The position numbers and the translations under genes are program-made. The notes beneath the pieces were generated by a model. The model was not told the DNA's origin and did not search any database. It worked only from the letters and a program-made list of their open reading frames with translations. From Macrostomum hystrix (taxonomy: Eukaryota; Animalia; Platyhelminthes): a stretch of 64,000 bases of DNA. The stretch is from NCBI GenBank assembly GCA_950097015.1, contig CATNEN010000001.1, forward strand, positions 19,344,001 through 19,408,000. The letters run 5' to 3'. Below are positions 49,600-61,499 of this stretch, piece by piece (the first letter of the stretch is position 1; every line of letters begins with the position of its first letter).

Positions 49600-51120
49600 C
49601 AATTAAATGAACTAAGCATTGATACAACACTGATACAACACAACAACAATGATACAACATTGATACGATACAACGATACAATGATACAACAATATATAAA
49701 CATTTAAAGCTCAGTTTAATGACAATCCCAGATCCTCAGTTTGGTTACAATCCCAGATTGGTGATAATCCCCCAGATAAAAAGTTTTAAACAATGAAATG
49801 AACTAAGCATTGATACAACACTGATACAACACAACAACAATGATACAACATTGATACGATACAACGATACAATGATACAACAATATATAAACATTTAAAG
49901 CTCAGTTTAATGACAATTATCCCAGATCCTCAGTTTGGTGACAATCCCAGAACCTCTGTTTGGTTACAATCCCAGATCCTCTGTTTGGTGACAATCCCAG
50001 ATCCTCAGTGTGGGACAATCCCAGATTGGTGATAATCCCCCAGATAAAAAGTTTCAAACAATGAAATGAACTAAGCATTGATACAACACTGATACAACAC
50101 AACAACAATGATACAACATTGATACGATACAACGATACAATGATACAACAATATATAAACATTTAAAGCTCAGTTTAATGACAATTATCCCAGATCCTCA
50201 GTTTAATGACAATTATCCCAGATCCTCAGTTTGGTTACAATCCCAGATCCTCTGTTTGGTGACAATCCCAGATCCTCAGTTTGGGACAATCCCAGATTGG
50301 TGATAATCCCCCAGATAAAAAGTTTCAAACAATGAAATGAACTAAGCATTGATACAACACTGATACAACACAACAACAATGATACAACATTGATACGATA
50401 CAACGATACAATGATACAACAATATATAAACATTTAAAGCTCAGTTTAATGACAATCCCAGATCCTCAGTTTGGTTACAATCCCAGATTGGTGATAATCC
50501 CCCAGGTAAAAAGTTTCAAACAATGAAATGAACTAAGCATTGATACAACACTGATACAACACAACAACAATGATACAACATTGATACGATACAACGATAC
50601 AATGATACAACAATATATAAACATTTAAAGCTCAGTTTAATGACAATCCCAGATCCTCAGTTTGGTTACAATCCCAGATTGGTGATAATCCCCCAGGTAA
50701 AAAGTTTCAAACAATGAAATGAACTAAGCATTGATACATCACTGATACAACACAACAACAATGATACAACATTGATACGATACAACGATACAATAATACA
50801 ACAATATATAAAAATTTAAAGCTCAGTTTAATGACAATTATCCCAGATCCTCAGTTTGGTGACAATCCCAGAACCTCTGTTTGGTGACAATCCCAGATCC
50901 TCTGTTTGGGACAATCCCAGATCCTCAGTTTCGTGACAATCCCAGATCCTCAGTTTAATGACAATTATCCCAGATCCTCAGTTTGGTGACAATCCCTGAT
51001 CCTCAGTTTGGTGACAATCCCAGATCCTCAGTTTGGTGACAATCCCAGATTCTCAGTTTCGTGACAATCCCAGATCCTCAGTTTCGTGACAATCCCAGAT
51101 CCTCAGTTTGGGGACAATCA
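49600..51120. repeat. Higher-order satellite: ~105-bp gatacaaca block alternating with variable numbers of a 25-bp unit
   Basis: Six blocks aatgaactaagcattgatacaacac..tttaaagctcag, separated by 2-5 copies of gtttggtgacaatcccagatcctca, ending in a pure 25-mer array at 50820-51120. Confidence 0.95.
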
Positions 51121-51207
51121 GTCCATGACAACTAAATAAAAAAACGACGAAACTAATTCACTAAGTTGACTTATGCTGGAATGCCGGATGCTGTTGCCAG
51201 GGGCCGG

Positions 51208-51576
51208 TTACCAAGGACGCCACACAGGCTGGGCTCCCTCCTGGTCCATCGACTGGCTAGATTCTTCGTCAGTAGACAAAGCCGACACCGTTGATGAGGC
51301 CGAAGACTTGCAGCAGAAGCTCATGGCCGTAGATTGAGTCTTGGCTGAGCCATTCAGCAGCAGCTTAACAGTCAGCTCCAGGATGTCGGCCTTCTCTAGG
51401 CGCTTAATCCGGTACGGTTTTATCACCTTGTTGGCCTGCAGCAGCTCTATGAGTCTGTCCAAGCTGGCATTAATTCTGGCTCTGCGCTGCTGCTCCATCA
51501 CCTGCTTGCTGATTCTCCTATGCTCCATCAACTCTACTGGGCGCGTGGTTCGTGTTTTGTTAATTCGGAGCTCCAT
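51208..51576 (-). CDS. hes: Compact intronless HES/hairy/E(spl)-family bHLH repressor with WRPW, no Orange domain
   Basis: RRISKQVMEQQRRARINASLDRL..RLEKADILELTV bHLH; C-terminal WRPW-stop; intact 122-aa ORF; TATAAAA ~35 bp upstream. Confidence 0.9.
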   Translation of the reverse strand: MELRINKTRTTRPVELMEHRRISKQVMEQQRRARINASLDRLIELLQANKVIKPYRIKRLEKADILELTVKLLLNGSAKTQSTAMSFCCKSSASSTVSALSTDEESSQSMDQEGAQPVWRPW

Positions 51577-51602
51577 CGAAATTTCGAAATCGACCGGCCG
51601 AG

Positions 51603-51790
51603 TTTATAATTTTATAAGTACCCCCGGCACCGCCAACCCCCTGTTTCCTTTCCTCTATCCCCGCTTCACTCGTGAAATGAATTCCGTTCCAGAATGTTCT
51701 AGAATGTTCTGCAGTTTTAGCTGTCATGTTCAGCCTAGATTCTCCCAAATGTGCCTTATCTAAAAACAAACTTCATAAGCAAACAATTAG
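51603..51790 (-). promoter_or_regulatory. Putative HES promoter: TATA, N-box and shared upstream module
   Basis: TATAAAA (minus strand, 51610-51616); CACGAG (minus strand, 51669-51674); 51658-51788 is repeated at 58457-58578. Confidence 0.45.
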
Positions 51791-53179
51791 ATAGATCATC
51801 TTCGTTGCAACGAGCGTGTGAATTAAAAAATGACTGTCAACACAGGTGGACAGGCGGCTTATTCTGAAGTTCTGACGGGCTTTAAGTTCTCTGAGTCGTT
51901 GTTCCCTTTGAGAAAACAAACTTCAGAATTTTTAGATAAGGGTCAGCATGGCGTAACCCAGTCCATGGACTGAACACTTCTGCAGCCAGCAGCTTGATCT
52001 TCGTAAAAATATTTTGTTTTATAAAATTAAAAAGCGAGAAAACCAAAACCGAATTGATATTTAGAACTGCAGCAGCATTACACAGTTGTAGTTAGAATTT
52101 TCATAATGTACAGCGCTAATTTCCTACGGCATTGTCAGTCTTGACGCCACTTTGGCTTAACAACAGCCAGTGAAAAAGTGTTTTTGTCCTTCAAAAAGCC
52201 AGTCACACAGCAATAGTTAGAAAATCATAAACATATTTCATATATCACATATTTCTCAAACGTAGAATTTGAGAATTCACATTTATTTTGGCTTGAGCAA
52301 ATCACTTTTTAAACTGCAATGCACTGCAAACCTTTGTTTTCACTTTCACTTTCACTTCTCCGTTAATCTAATGCCCGTGTGAAATTTCAAACCGATCAAC
52401 ATAAGTTGACACTGAAATTAATTAGACAAGACGAAATAAATACAAAGACTCATGAGATTTTTTCCTGCCAATTCTTCACGAAACATAGGGAAAGTTTATT
52501 TTGCAAAGCTAATTATTATTTCAAGCATTTAATTGCTAGGAATTTCAGCCATGTCATAATTATTTGAGTTGGCATTTGTATTTAGAGTATGTTATGTGAA
52601 TACAGCAGCAAAGTGTGTTCTTATGAAGTTTGTGTATAGGTTCTGAAATATTTATGCACTGTAGCTACAGTTTTTACAGAAGGCACATTTTTACCTTTTT
52701 ACCTTTAAGTCTCTTATAGCAGCTCAAGTTCTGTGTTTATCTATATTATCAAATTTTGAAATGTCAACTAGAGATAAAAAGAGGGCCTCAGTTTAATCAA
52801 TATTCATAAAGGCATTCAGTACAAGATTAGTTTATTCACAGTTAGTCAATCATGTCTTTTTGGTTGGCACTCAACAGGCTGTTGTTGATTGTTGGCCATT
52901 CAGCTTCAACACCAGACTAGGATTCTTGCGACTCCTTGTCCTGTTAGATAGGCTCTCCTTGTCCTGTTAGGTGTGAGAGGTGAGACAGTTGGTTTGCTGT
53001 TTGTATTTAGATCTATAGCTAGGCAAGAAGGGGCAGAAGGCTGATAAGAGCTTATAAAGGATTGTTAGCTATATTAGATTAAATAGGACCACAATTGAGG
53101 TAATTATACAGGGCTGGTATGAACTGTGTATGGGGCTTGAGCCTAAATGTACAAGATCTGATAGCTCAAGTGTACACTC

Positions 53180-56160
53180 TAGTACATCAGATAACTCAGT
53201 AAAGATAGCTAGCAATGCCACAATTCTAGCTAGTGTTATAAAGACCTGGGGAAAATAGTGTTCATAAATAAATAGTCACTAGCTAGAGGAATTTCATAAA
53301 CAGCAGTTTCAAGGCAAACAACTGCTCATGCAGTATCAAAACCAATAGCTCAAGGCAATCTGCTGTGCGTGCATTATCAAAACTGAGAGCTCAAGCAACC
53401 AGCAAAAAATTTGTGTGTTGGGTATCTTGGGCTGGGTTGGGCTAACACTGAGAAATGATTTTGTACTCAAGCACTTACCATAGCCTTTAATCATATGTGA
53501 TTAGTTCTCATATGCCCTTAGCTATACCATGAGAGTGAAGACAACCAGAAGCCACAATTCCAGCTAGTGAGCCAGTATGATAAAGACCTGGTAAAATAAA
53601 GTTGATAAATAAATAGTCATTATAAGGAAATTTCAGAGCAAAGTTATATAACTGTACCAGACCAAATAACTCTAGTATACACTAGGATCACTTATATTGC
53701 TTGTAGGAACAAGAAGAGAAGAGGAGAATAAAGGCAGGAGAGAAGAGGAGAGGAAAGAAGAGCAGAGGAAAGGAGGGGAGAGGGGGAGAGGAGGGGGGAG
53801 AGGAGAGGAAAGAAGAGAGGAAAGAAGAGCAGAGGAAAGGAGGGGAGAGGGGGAGAGGAGAGGAGAAGAGGAGGGGGAGGAGAAGAGGAGAGGAGAGAAT
53901 TTCATAAACAGCAGTTTCAAGGCAAACTAACTGCTCATGCAGTATCACAACCAATAGCTGAAGGCAAACTACTGTGCATGCATTATCAAAACTAAGAGCT
54001 CAAGCAACCAGCAATTGTGTGTTGGGTATCTTGGGCTGGGTTGGGCTAACACTAAAAATGATTATGTACTCAAGCACTTACCATAGCCTTTAATCATGTG
54101 ATTAGTTCTCATATGCCCTTAGCTATGCCATGAGAGTGAAGACAGCCAGATGCCACAATTCCAGCTAGTGAGCCAGTGTGATAAAGACCTGGTAAAATAA
54201 AGTTGATAAATAAATAGTCATTGTAAGGAAATTTCATAGCAAAGTTATATAACTGTACTAGACCAAATAACTCTAGTGTACACTAGGATCACTTATATTG
54301 CTTATAGAAACAAGAAAAGAAGAGGAGAATAAAGGCAGGAGAGAAGAGGAGGAAAGAAGAGCAGAGGAAAGGAGGGGAGAGGGGGAGAGGAGGGGGGAGA
54401 GGAGAGGAAAGAAGAGAGGAAAGAAGAGCAGAGGAAAGGAGGGGAGAGGGGGAGAGGAGAGGAGAAGAGGAGGGGGAGGAGAAGAGGAGAGGAGAGAATT
54501 TCATAAACAGCAGTTTCAAGGCAAACTAACTGCTCATGCAGTATCACAACCAATAGCTGAAGGCAAACTACTGTGCATGCATTATCAAAACTAAGAGCTC
54601 AAGCAACCAGCAATTGTGTGTTGGGTATCTTGGGCTGGGTTGGGCTAACACTAAAAATGATTATGTACTCAAGCACTTACCATAGCCTTTAATCATGTGA
54701 TTAGTTCTCATATGCCCTTAGCTATGCCATGAGAGTGAAGACAGCCAGATGCCACAATTCCAGCTAGTGAGCCAGTGTGATAAAGACCTGCTAAAATAAA
54801 GTTGATAAATAAATAGTCATTGTAAGGAAATTTCATAGCAAAGTTATATAACTGTACTAGACCAAATAACTCTAGTGTACACTAGGATCACTTATATTGC
54901 TTATAGAAACAAGAAAAGAAGAGGAGAATAAAGGCAGGAGAGAAGAGGAGAGGAAAGAAGAGCAGAGGAAAGGAGGGGAGAGGGGGAGAGGAGGGGGGAG
55001 AGGAGAGGAGAAGAGGAGGGGGGAGAGGAGAAGAGGAGAGGAGAAGAGGAGGGGGGAGAGGAGAAGAGGAGAGGAGAAGAGGAGGGGGGAGAGGAGAAGA
55101 GGAGAGGAGAAGAGGAGGGGGGAGAGGAGAAGAGGAGAGGAGAAGAGGAGGGGGGAGAGAAGAGGAGAGGAGAGAATTTGATAAACAGCAGCTTTAAGGC
55201 AAACTACTGCTCATGCAGTCTCAAAACCAATAGCTCAAGGCAAACTACTGTGCATGCATTATCAAAACTAAGAGCTCAATCAACCAGCAATTGTGTGTTG
55301 GTATCTTGGGCTGGGTTGGGCTAACACTAAAAATGATTATGTACTTAAGCACTTACCATAGCCTTTGATCCTATGTGATTAGTTCTCATATGCCCTTAGC
55401 TATACCATGAGAGTGAAGACAACCAGATGCCACAATTCCAGCTAGTGAGCCAGTGTGATAAAGACCTGGTAAAATAAAGTTGATAAATAAATAGTCATTA
55501 TAAGGAAATTTCATAGCAAAGTTATATAACTGTACTAGACCAAATAACTCTAGTGTACACTAGGATCACTTATATTGCTTATAGAAACAAGAAAAGAAGA
55601 GGAGAATAAAGGCAGGAGAGAAGAGGAGAGGAAAGAAGAGCAGAGGAAAGGAGGGGGGAGAGGAGAGGAGAAGAGGAGGGGGGAGAGGAGAAGAGGAGAG
55701 GAGAGGAGAAGAGGAGGGGGGAGAGGAGAAGAGGAGAGGAGAGGAGAAGAGGAGGGGGGAGAGGAGAAGAGGAGAGGAGAGAATTTGATAAACAGCAGCT
55801 TTAAGGCAAACTACTGCTCATGCAGTCTCAAAACCAATAGCTCAAGGCAAACTACTGTGCATGCATTATCAAAACTAAGAGCTCAATCAACCAGCAATTG
55901 TGTGTTGGTATCTTGGGCTGGGTTGGGCTAACACTAAAAATGATTATGTACTTAAGCACTTACCATAGCCTTTGATCCTATGTGATTAGTTCTCATATGC
56001 CCTTAGCTATACCATGAGAGTGAAGACAGCCAGATGCCACAATTCCAGCTAGTGAGCCAGTGTGATAAAGACTTGGTAAAATAAAGTTGATAAATAAATA
56101 GTCATTATAAGGAAATTTCAGAGCAAAGTTATATAACTCTAGTGTACACTGGGATCAATT
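53180..56160. repeat. ~600-680-bp tandem repeat (about 5 copies) with internal GA-rich microsatellite
   Basis: ccacaattccagctagtgagccagt recurs at ~53552, 54153, 54753, 55430 and 56037; the purine tract length varies between units. Confidence 0.95.
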
Positions 56161-56740
56161 GTTATTGCTTTGCAGGAGCTAACCAACAATTTTGGGTTGG
56201 GTATCTAGCAAACACTTTACAACAAATGATTAGCCAAGCCTTACCAGTTCTCAGATGCCAGCCTGAAGATAGCAAGCAAAGCCACCATTCCAGCTTGTGT
56301 GATAAGGACCAGTTAAGATGTACTAAGCCTCACTGCAGTTTGCTAAGTTTTTACCATCCTTTTAACTGCTTTCACTTTCTTAAATCCTAAATTCCTTTCA
56401 GGCTTTTCAATTATTTGTAGCCACATTTCACTTTTCTTTCAAGCTTTCATCTGAATTGCCTCTGACATCATCCATGAGCAATGAGCTGCAGCTCAGGAGC
56501 ATTGAGCTAAAAGCTAGGTTTCTCTAGCTAGTGAAACCAAGATATACACTTTTACCATCCTTTTAACTACCTTAACTCCATTGGAACATTTTAAACACCT
56601 TTTAAAAACACTTTTTTTACTCATATTCACTTCGACTTTTGCAATACCTTTACTTTTACTTATTTACTTTTTAATTTTCAGAGAATTCGGAGATTCTACT
56701 TTGCTTACTCTCTGCAGCTACTTATAGATTATCTGCAAAT

Positions 56741-56950
56741 ATGGATAATAAGCAGCAACAGCAGCAGCCACAGCAGCAGCCACAGCAGCAGCAACAGCTG
56801 CAGCAACAGCCCAGCAGCCCCTGGGCGCTGCAGCCCACGACCGTCGGAGTCGGAGAAAAGATTCAGTGGTGGAAGGTGAAGGGAGGGGCCGGGGCGGCCA
56901 CTAATTTCACGCCGCCGAGGCCCCGGTGCCCTCCCTCACAGAAGAAATAA
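56741..56950 (+). CDS. 69-aa Q-rich small protein, copy 2
   Basis: ATG in aaatATGg context; frame and the motifs QPSSPW, KIQWWK and GGAGAATNFTPP are conserved with copy 1 despite indels. Confidence 0.45.
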   Translation: MDNKQQQQQPQQQPQQQQQLQQQPSSPWALQPTTVGVGEKIQWWKVKGGAGAATNFTPPRPRCPPSQKK

Positions 56951-58355
56951 ATGAGGTTTGTCTAAGCTACCTATATGTGATACCTTTATTCCTTAATTCT
57001 TAATCCTTAATCGTTAATTCTTTAAATAAGCGCTATAGTAGTAAAATTATACCCGTTTGCAGGTGTAAGTTTTCATTGACTCTGGTAAAACAATATTTAC
57101 TTTTAGCCATTATAGCACCATTTATCAAAATGTGATTGTCACACTACAATGCTAATGTAATATTACAACGTCGCAAAATGTACTCACATTCAATATGATT
57201 GTAGCCATAATGTCATATGTCGTGTCGTGTCGTGTTCGTGTTTAACCAGAAAATTGCATGAGCCATCCTCCAAGCTTTATAGCAAGTTTATCTGCAAATT
57301 TAAAGAAGCAGATAGCAACTGCGTACGAAGACAAACCCCTCACTCCACATTCATGCTGTCCAATAACAAGCTGCTAACACACCTCGAAACCTCCCGCTTC
57401 GTCATTTCAGACGCATTTTTGACTTTGAGGGACGCTTGCTACTCATGCGAGGGACGCATTTGAGTCATGCATTTGAGTCATATTTTGGAATAAATCTTTG
57501 CTTGTTGTCTTCCTTTATTTCACTCATATTTATTTATTAGCTTGATGCACAGCCTAAATGTTTAGCTTCTTAGCTTTAGCTTAGCATGATAACCAACATA
57601 TTTATCGAGCACTCCTTGCCTCGTGTTCCTGTACTTGCTCACTTGCTTTGCTTGCCTGCTTTGCTACAATTCGTAGCAAAAGTACATTTTTTCATTTCAA
57701 CTAACATTTATACTAAGCTGCTACTAACATTTACTCTGCGACCCTTAAACTAGCTCACTTAAAAGTTTAGCATGCTTCCCATCTGATTACAGGCAATCGT
57801 TATAGACAAATATAAATATGTAAATTGGTTTTGAAACATTCCATATTTTTTCCAGACGTTCTCCATGAACACCTGACGCCTGGTACACGGTCAGGCGTGT
57901 CAAGAAACGGAAGCTGCGGATGACATTGATATTTGTGTCTATTCTAATTCAATCAGCTACTCAGCGTCGAGTTGCAGTTGGCCCAGCATCCCGGCGAGCT
58001 GTATCTGGCCGAGTTTAGCAGGTTAGATAACGATCAGCGACCTTCACGGACTCATTTCATGTCAATGGAGTTCCACGGCTGCGCTCGCAACAAGGTTGAA
58101 TAATCTTTTTGTTTTGTTTGTTGTAGTTTATGAAATAATGTGCAGCAACAATTAGTTTATTTATAGTATTTATAAGTAGCATTTATATAGCATTTATAAG
58201 TACTTGTAGTTATCTCATACTTTTATAGGAAACAGTCTGTCTTAATTACATGTCTTCAAAATCAAGGTTTAATTACAGATGATAAGTCATGCATGGGGAA
58301 TATGAGAAAACACGAGAAAACAGAACAAAACATATCCGTAAGAAAAAATAGTTTT

Positions 58356-58448
58356 CATGAGTGAAGTAACGCAACTGAGAATCGGACAATCCGTACTTTA
58401 ATTCTGAGTCATTGTCTGGATCATGTGATTTCTAGGGTATTGTTGGGT
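58356..58448 (-). pseudogene. Duplicated 3' end of the ETS gene fused to the HES-type upstream module
   Basis: 58356-58448 resembles 58692-58790 (last codons plus 3' flank) and abuts 58457-58578. Confidence 0.65.
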
Positions 58449-58774
58449 AATGTGCATCCCCGCTTCACTCGTGAAATGAATTCTGTTCTAGAATTCCTAT
58501 CTGTGGTTTTAGATGTCATGTTCAGCCTAGATTCCCCCAAATGTGCCTTATCTAAAAACAAACCTCATAAGCAAACAAGCTAGCACAGGTAGTGTTACAC
58601 TTAAAATAAAAAAGCAAGAAAAACAAAACCCAATTCATATTTAATACTGCAGTACACCGCTAGCTGGACATTTCAGATCTCATACTTGTTTACATGAGTG
58701 AAGTAGCGCAACTGACAATCAGACAATCCGTGATGTAATTCTGAGTGATGTAATCAATAGAAATCATGTGATTT

Positions 58775-59577
58775 CTAGGGTATTGTTGGGATTTGTGAGA
58801 CATTGTAACATTTTAACTTCTCGTGGTTATAGTGAAATTTGTAGAAGTGGTTCTTGGATCTTGGGTGGATCTTGGTAATTAGCTTCTCCTTGTAGTAGTA
58901 CCTCAGCGCTCGGTGCATCTTGTAGAAGGTCATTTTGTCCAGCCCCTTGTAAGTTGCCCAGGCCTCTGCTAGTCCGGTTGGATTTAGAATTTCCCAAGTG
59001 CCCTCCTGCTTGTTTTCCCAGCGCAAGCAGGGCAGCGACAGGTCAGACGGCGGAGCTTCCAGTAGCTGGTAGATAAACTCCCACAGAGAGGAACAGAGAG
59101 GGGATTAGGGTGAGGAACAGAGAGGGGATTAGGGTGAGGAACTGAGAGGGGATCAGAGAGAGGACCTGAGAGGGAATTAGGGTGAGGAACAGAGAGAGGA
59201 TTAGGGTGAGGAACAGAGAGGGGATTAGGGTGAGGAACTGAGAGGGGATCAGAGAGAGGAACAGAGAGGGGATTAGGGTGAGGAACTGAGAGGGGATCAG
59301 GGTGAGGAACAGAGAGGGGATCAGGGTGAGGAACTGAGAGGGGATTAGGGTGAGGAACAGAGAGGGGATCAGGGAGAGGAACTGAGAGGGGATCAGAGAG
59401 AGGAACTGAGAGGGGATCAGAGAGAGGAACAGAGAGGGGATCAAAGAGAGGAACAGAGAGGGGATTAGGGTGAGGAACTGAGAGGGGATCAAAGAGAGGA
59501 ACAGAGAGGGGATTAGGGTCAGGAACTGAGAGGGGATTAGGGTGAGGAACTGAGAGAGGAACTTTCTCCCACTCCAC
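58775..59577 (-). pseudogene. ETS-domain transcription factor, frameshifted from an upstream 24-bp coding minisatellite
   Basis: Frame 59086-58775 reads LWEFIYQLLE..CLRWENKQEGTWEILNPTGLAEAWATYKG..KMTFYKMHRALRYYYKEKLITKI..YKF, a complete ETS domain; the upstream repeat frame is offset by 2 nt. Confidence 0.88.
59087..59562. repeat. 24-bp minisatellite (~20 copies), many units containing TTAGGG
   Basis: Unit gaggaacagagaggggattagggt; encodes (PLSVPHPN)n on the minus strand. Confidence 0.95.
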
Positions 59578-60021
59578 CTCTCACTCCACCTGCGCTGACA
59601 ATGAATGTTATAGATTCTAGCCTAGATTTTCCCAAGTGTTTTTAAATGTTTGTATAAAAACAAAACTCATCAAGCAGCTCAATCATAAATTATATTTTAT
59701 ATTTAAAAAATATTGACAATAACTTGTTTTTCGTTTAAAAATGTACTTTTTTCGGAAGCTAGGCCTTTTGACATTGATAGCTTCCAGAATTTTTTCAATT
59801 CCTTCTCGTCGTGGCTCGGAGGCATGACTGCAATTTAGGGAATTAAATATTAGTCAGCTTCCTTTCTTGGTTTGATCGTCAGGGTCTTTTGTTAACCGAG
59901 AAGGAGGCCCTTCCCTGCCGCACCAGCAAGCATATAGCCTATGCTCTTGAGAACATTTCGGAATTATGAAGTGGTGTTGATTACCCGAGACTAGTTTTTT
60001 TATAATTTACTTTGCTTATTA
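59565..60021. repeat. Near-identical duplicate of 63541-64000 (ETS upstream region)
   Basis: Direct repeat ~3.98 kb apart; the second copy runs off the window end. Confidence 0.93.
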
Positions 60022-60589
60022 TGGCCAAGTGATATCACTTGTTTATTTAATTATGCTTGCTGCTGAAGAACCAAGTCGAAGCCACTATCGCATGTAAAAT
60101 ATTGGTTTAAAAAGAATGTCGAAAAGAACAGTGCAGGTACTTGCTACGGTGCTAGGTGCTAGGTGTGCGGGCATGTGGAAAGTAATTTATTGTTTTTTCT
60201 GTCTATTTTTCAGATGTAATGATGCGGGAGTTTATCATGACACAATTGTATGAACAGGATAAATTGTATGTCTCATATATACAGCTTAGCCAAGACAAAC
60301 GATTTGTAATTTTTTTGTGCTTTTTGTACAATTTTAAGATGCGATGGTGCCAAAAGAAATGGAGTATACATACACGCAGTTCTGTGAACGGGATAATTTT
60401 TTTATGTCCAGTAACATGTATGTCTGTAACAAATAGCAATTAAAGATCCTTGCGGTGGGGCAAGGTAGCAACTTAAAATCCACTATTCTATGGACGAAAT
60501 TCGAAGCAGATAAGATAAGTGTCCTGACTAGCTGAGTTGCCAACTCAGTTGCCAACTCAGTTGCCAACTCAGCTAGTCAGGGGATCGAC

Positions 60590-60740
60590 AACTCAGTTTG
60601 GTGACAATCCCAGATCCTCAGTTTAATGACAATCCCAGATCCTCAGTTTAATGACAATCCCAGATCCTCAGTTTGGTGACAATCCCAGATCCTCAGTTTG
60701 GTGACAATCCCAGATCCTCAGTTTGGTGACAATCAGTCCA
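60590..60740. repeat. 25-bp tandem array (about 6 copies)
   Basis: Same unit as 50820-51120, again directly 3' of a HES-type C-terminus. Confidence 0.93.
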
Positions 60741-60812
60741 TGACAACTGAATAACAAAACAACGAAACTAATTCATTAAGTTGACTTGGAATGCCGCATG
60801 CTGTTGCCAGGG

Positions 60813-60929
60813 TTACCAAGGACGCCACACAGGCTGGGCTCCCTCCTTGTCCATCGACTGGCTAGATTCTTCGTCAGTAGACAAAGCCGACACCGTTGAT
60901 GCGGCCGAAGACTTGCAGCAGAAGCTCAT
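60813..60929 (-). CDS. 38-aa HES-derived WRPW micro-ORF (or 5'-truncated HES copy)
   Basis: MSFCCKSSAASTVSALSTDEESSQSMDKEGAQPVWRPW-stop; homology to HES ends ~9 bp upstream of this ATG. Confidence 0.45.
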   Translation of the reverse strand: MSFCCKSSAASTVSALSTDEESSQSMDKEGAQPVWRPW

Positions 60930-61499
60930 GGCCGCAGAATGTTTGTGTTAGGAAAAAAGGGGAAATATTTGTAACAATAATTCAAGTGCAAACAATTAAT
61001 GCACGAAAATATATCAAGGAATAGCTAGAAGAGCTACATAAATAAAATTAATATACATAGACATCGCTACCTATCAAGCAATCAAAGTGCAAAATTCCCT
61101 TAAATGTGCCTTATCGAAAAACAAGGTCCCTGTCTTAGGTCCCTGTCCACAAACTTTTAGTTCTGAACATTCGGTACATTCATGGGTGAATTGCTCACTG
61201 GTTGGGGAGCACAGACTAATTAGATAAGACTTTACTTCTGGGGGGAGACCCGTACAGACTAGGTAGCCACGGTCAAAACTCTAAATATTCTTATCAGTTT
61301 TTTATTCTGCTGTTACCTCAGCTCTTTCGGCCTTGCAAGTTCTGTGACTATGTCGAAGAGCTCTATATGCTGTATATGCCAACTGTTCCTAGAAGTCACT
61401 TTAATAACAATTAAAAAGTAGTTTACTACAAAGAGGATACATAGTTATACATATACACGGATGCAAGTTACGCAAAATAAACTAAACTTGTTTGTATAC

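Noticed and set aside
49600-51120. CRISPR array (25-bp repeats with intervening sequence)
   Set aside because: Intervening blocks are identical to each other or absent, there are no unique spacers and no cas genes, and the context is eukaryotic.
53672-55931. E/R/G-rich and S/P/L-rich ORFs
   Set aside because: They derive from GA microsatellite cores of a tandem repeat, and frames are not conserved between units.
59087-59562. Interstitial telomere array
   Set aside because: TTAGGG occurs only once per 24-bp unit and never in tandem.
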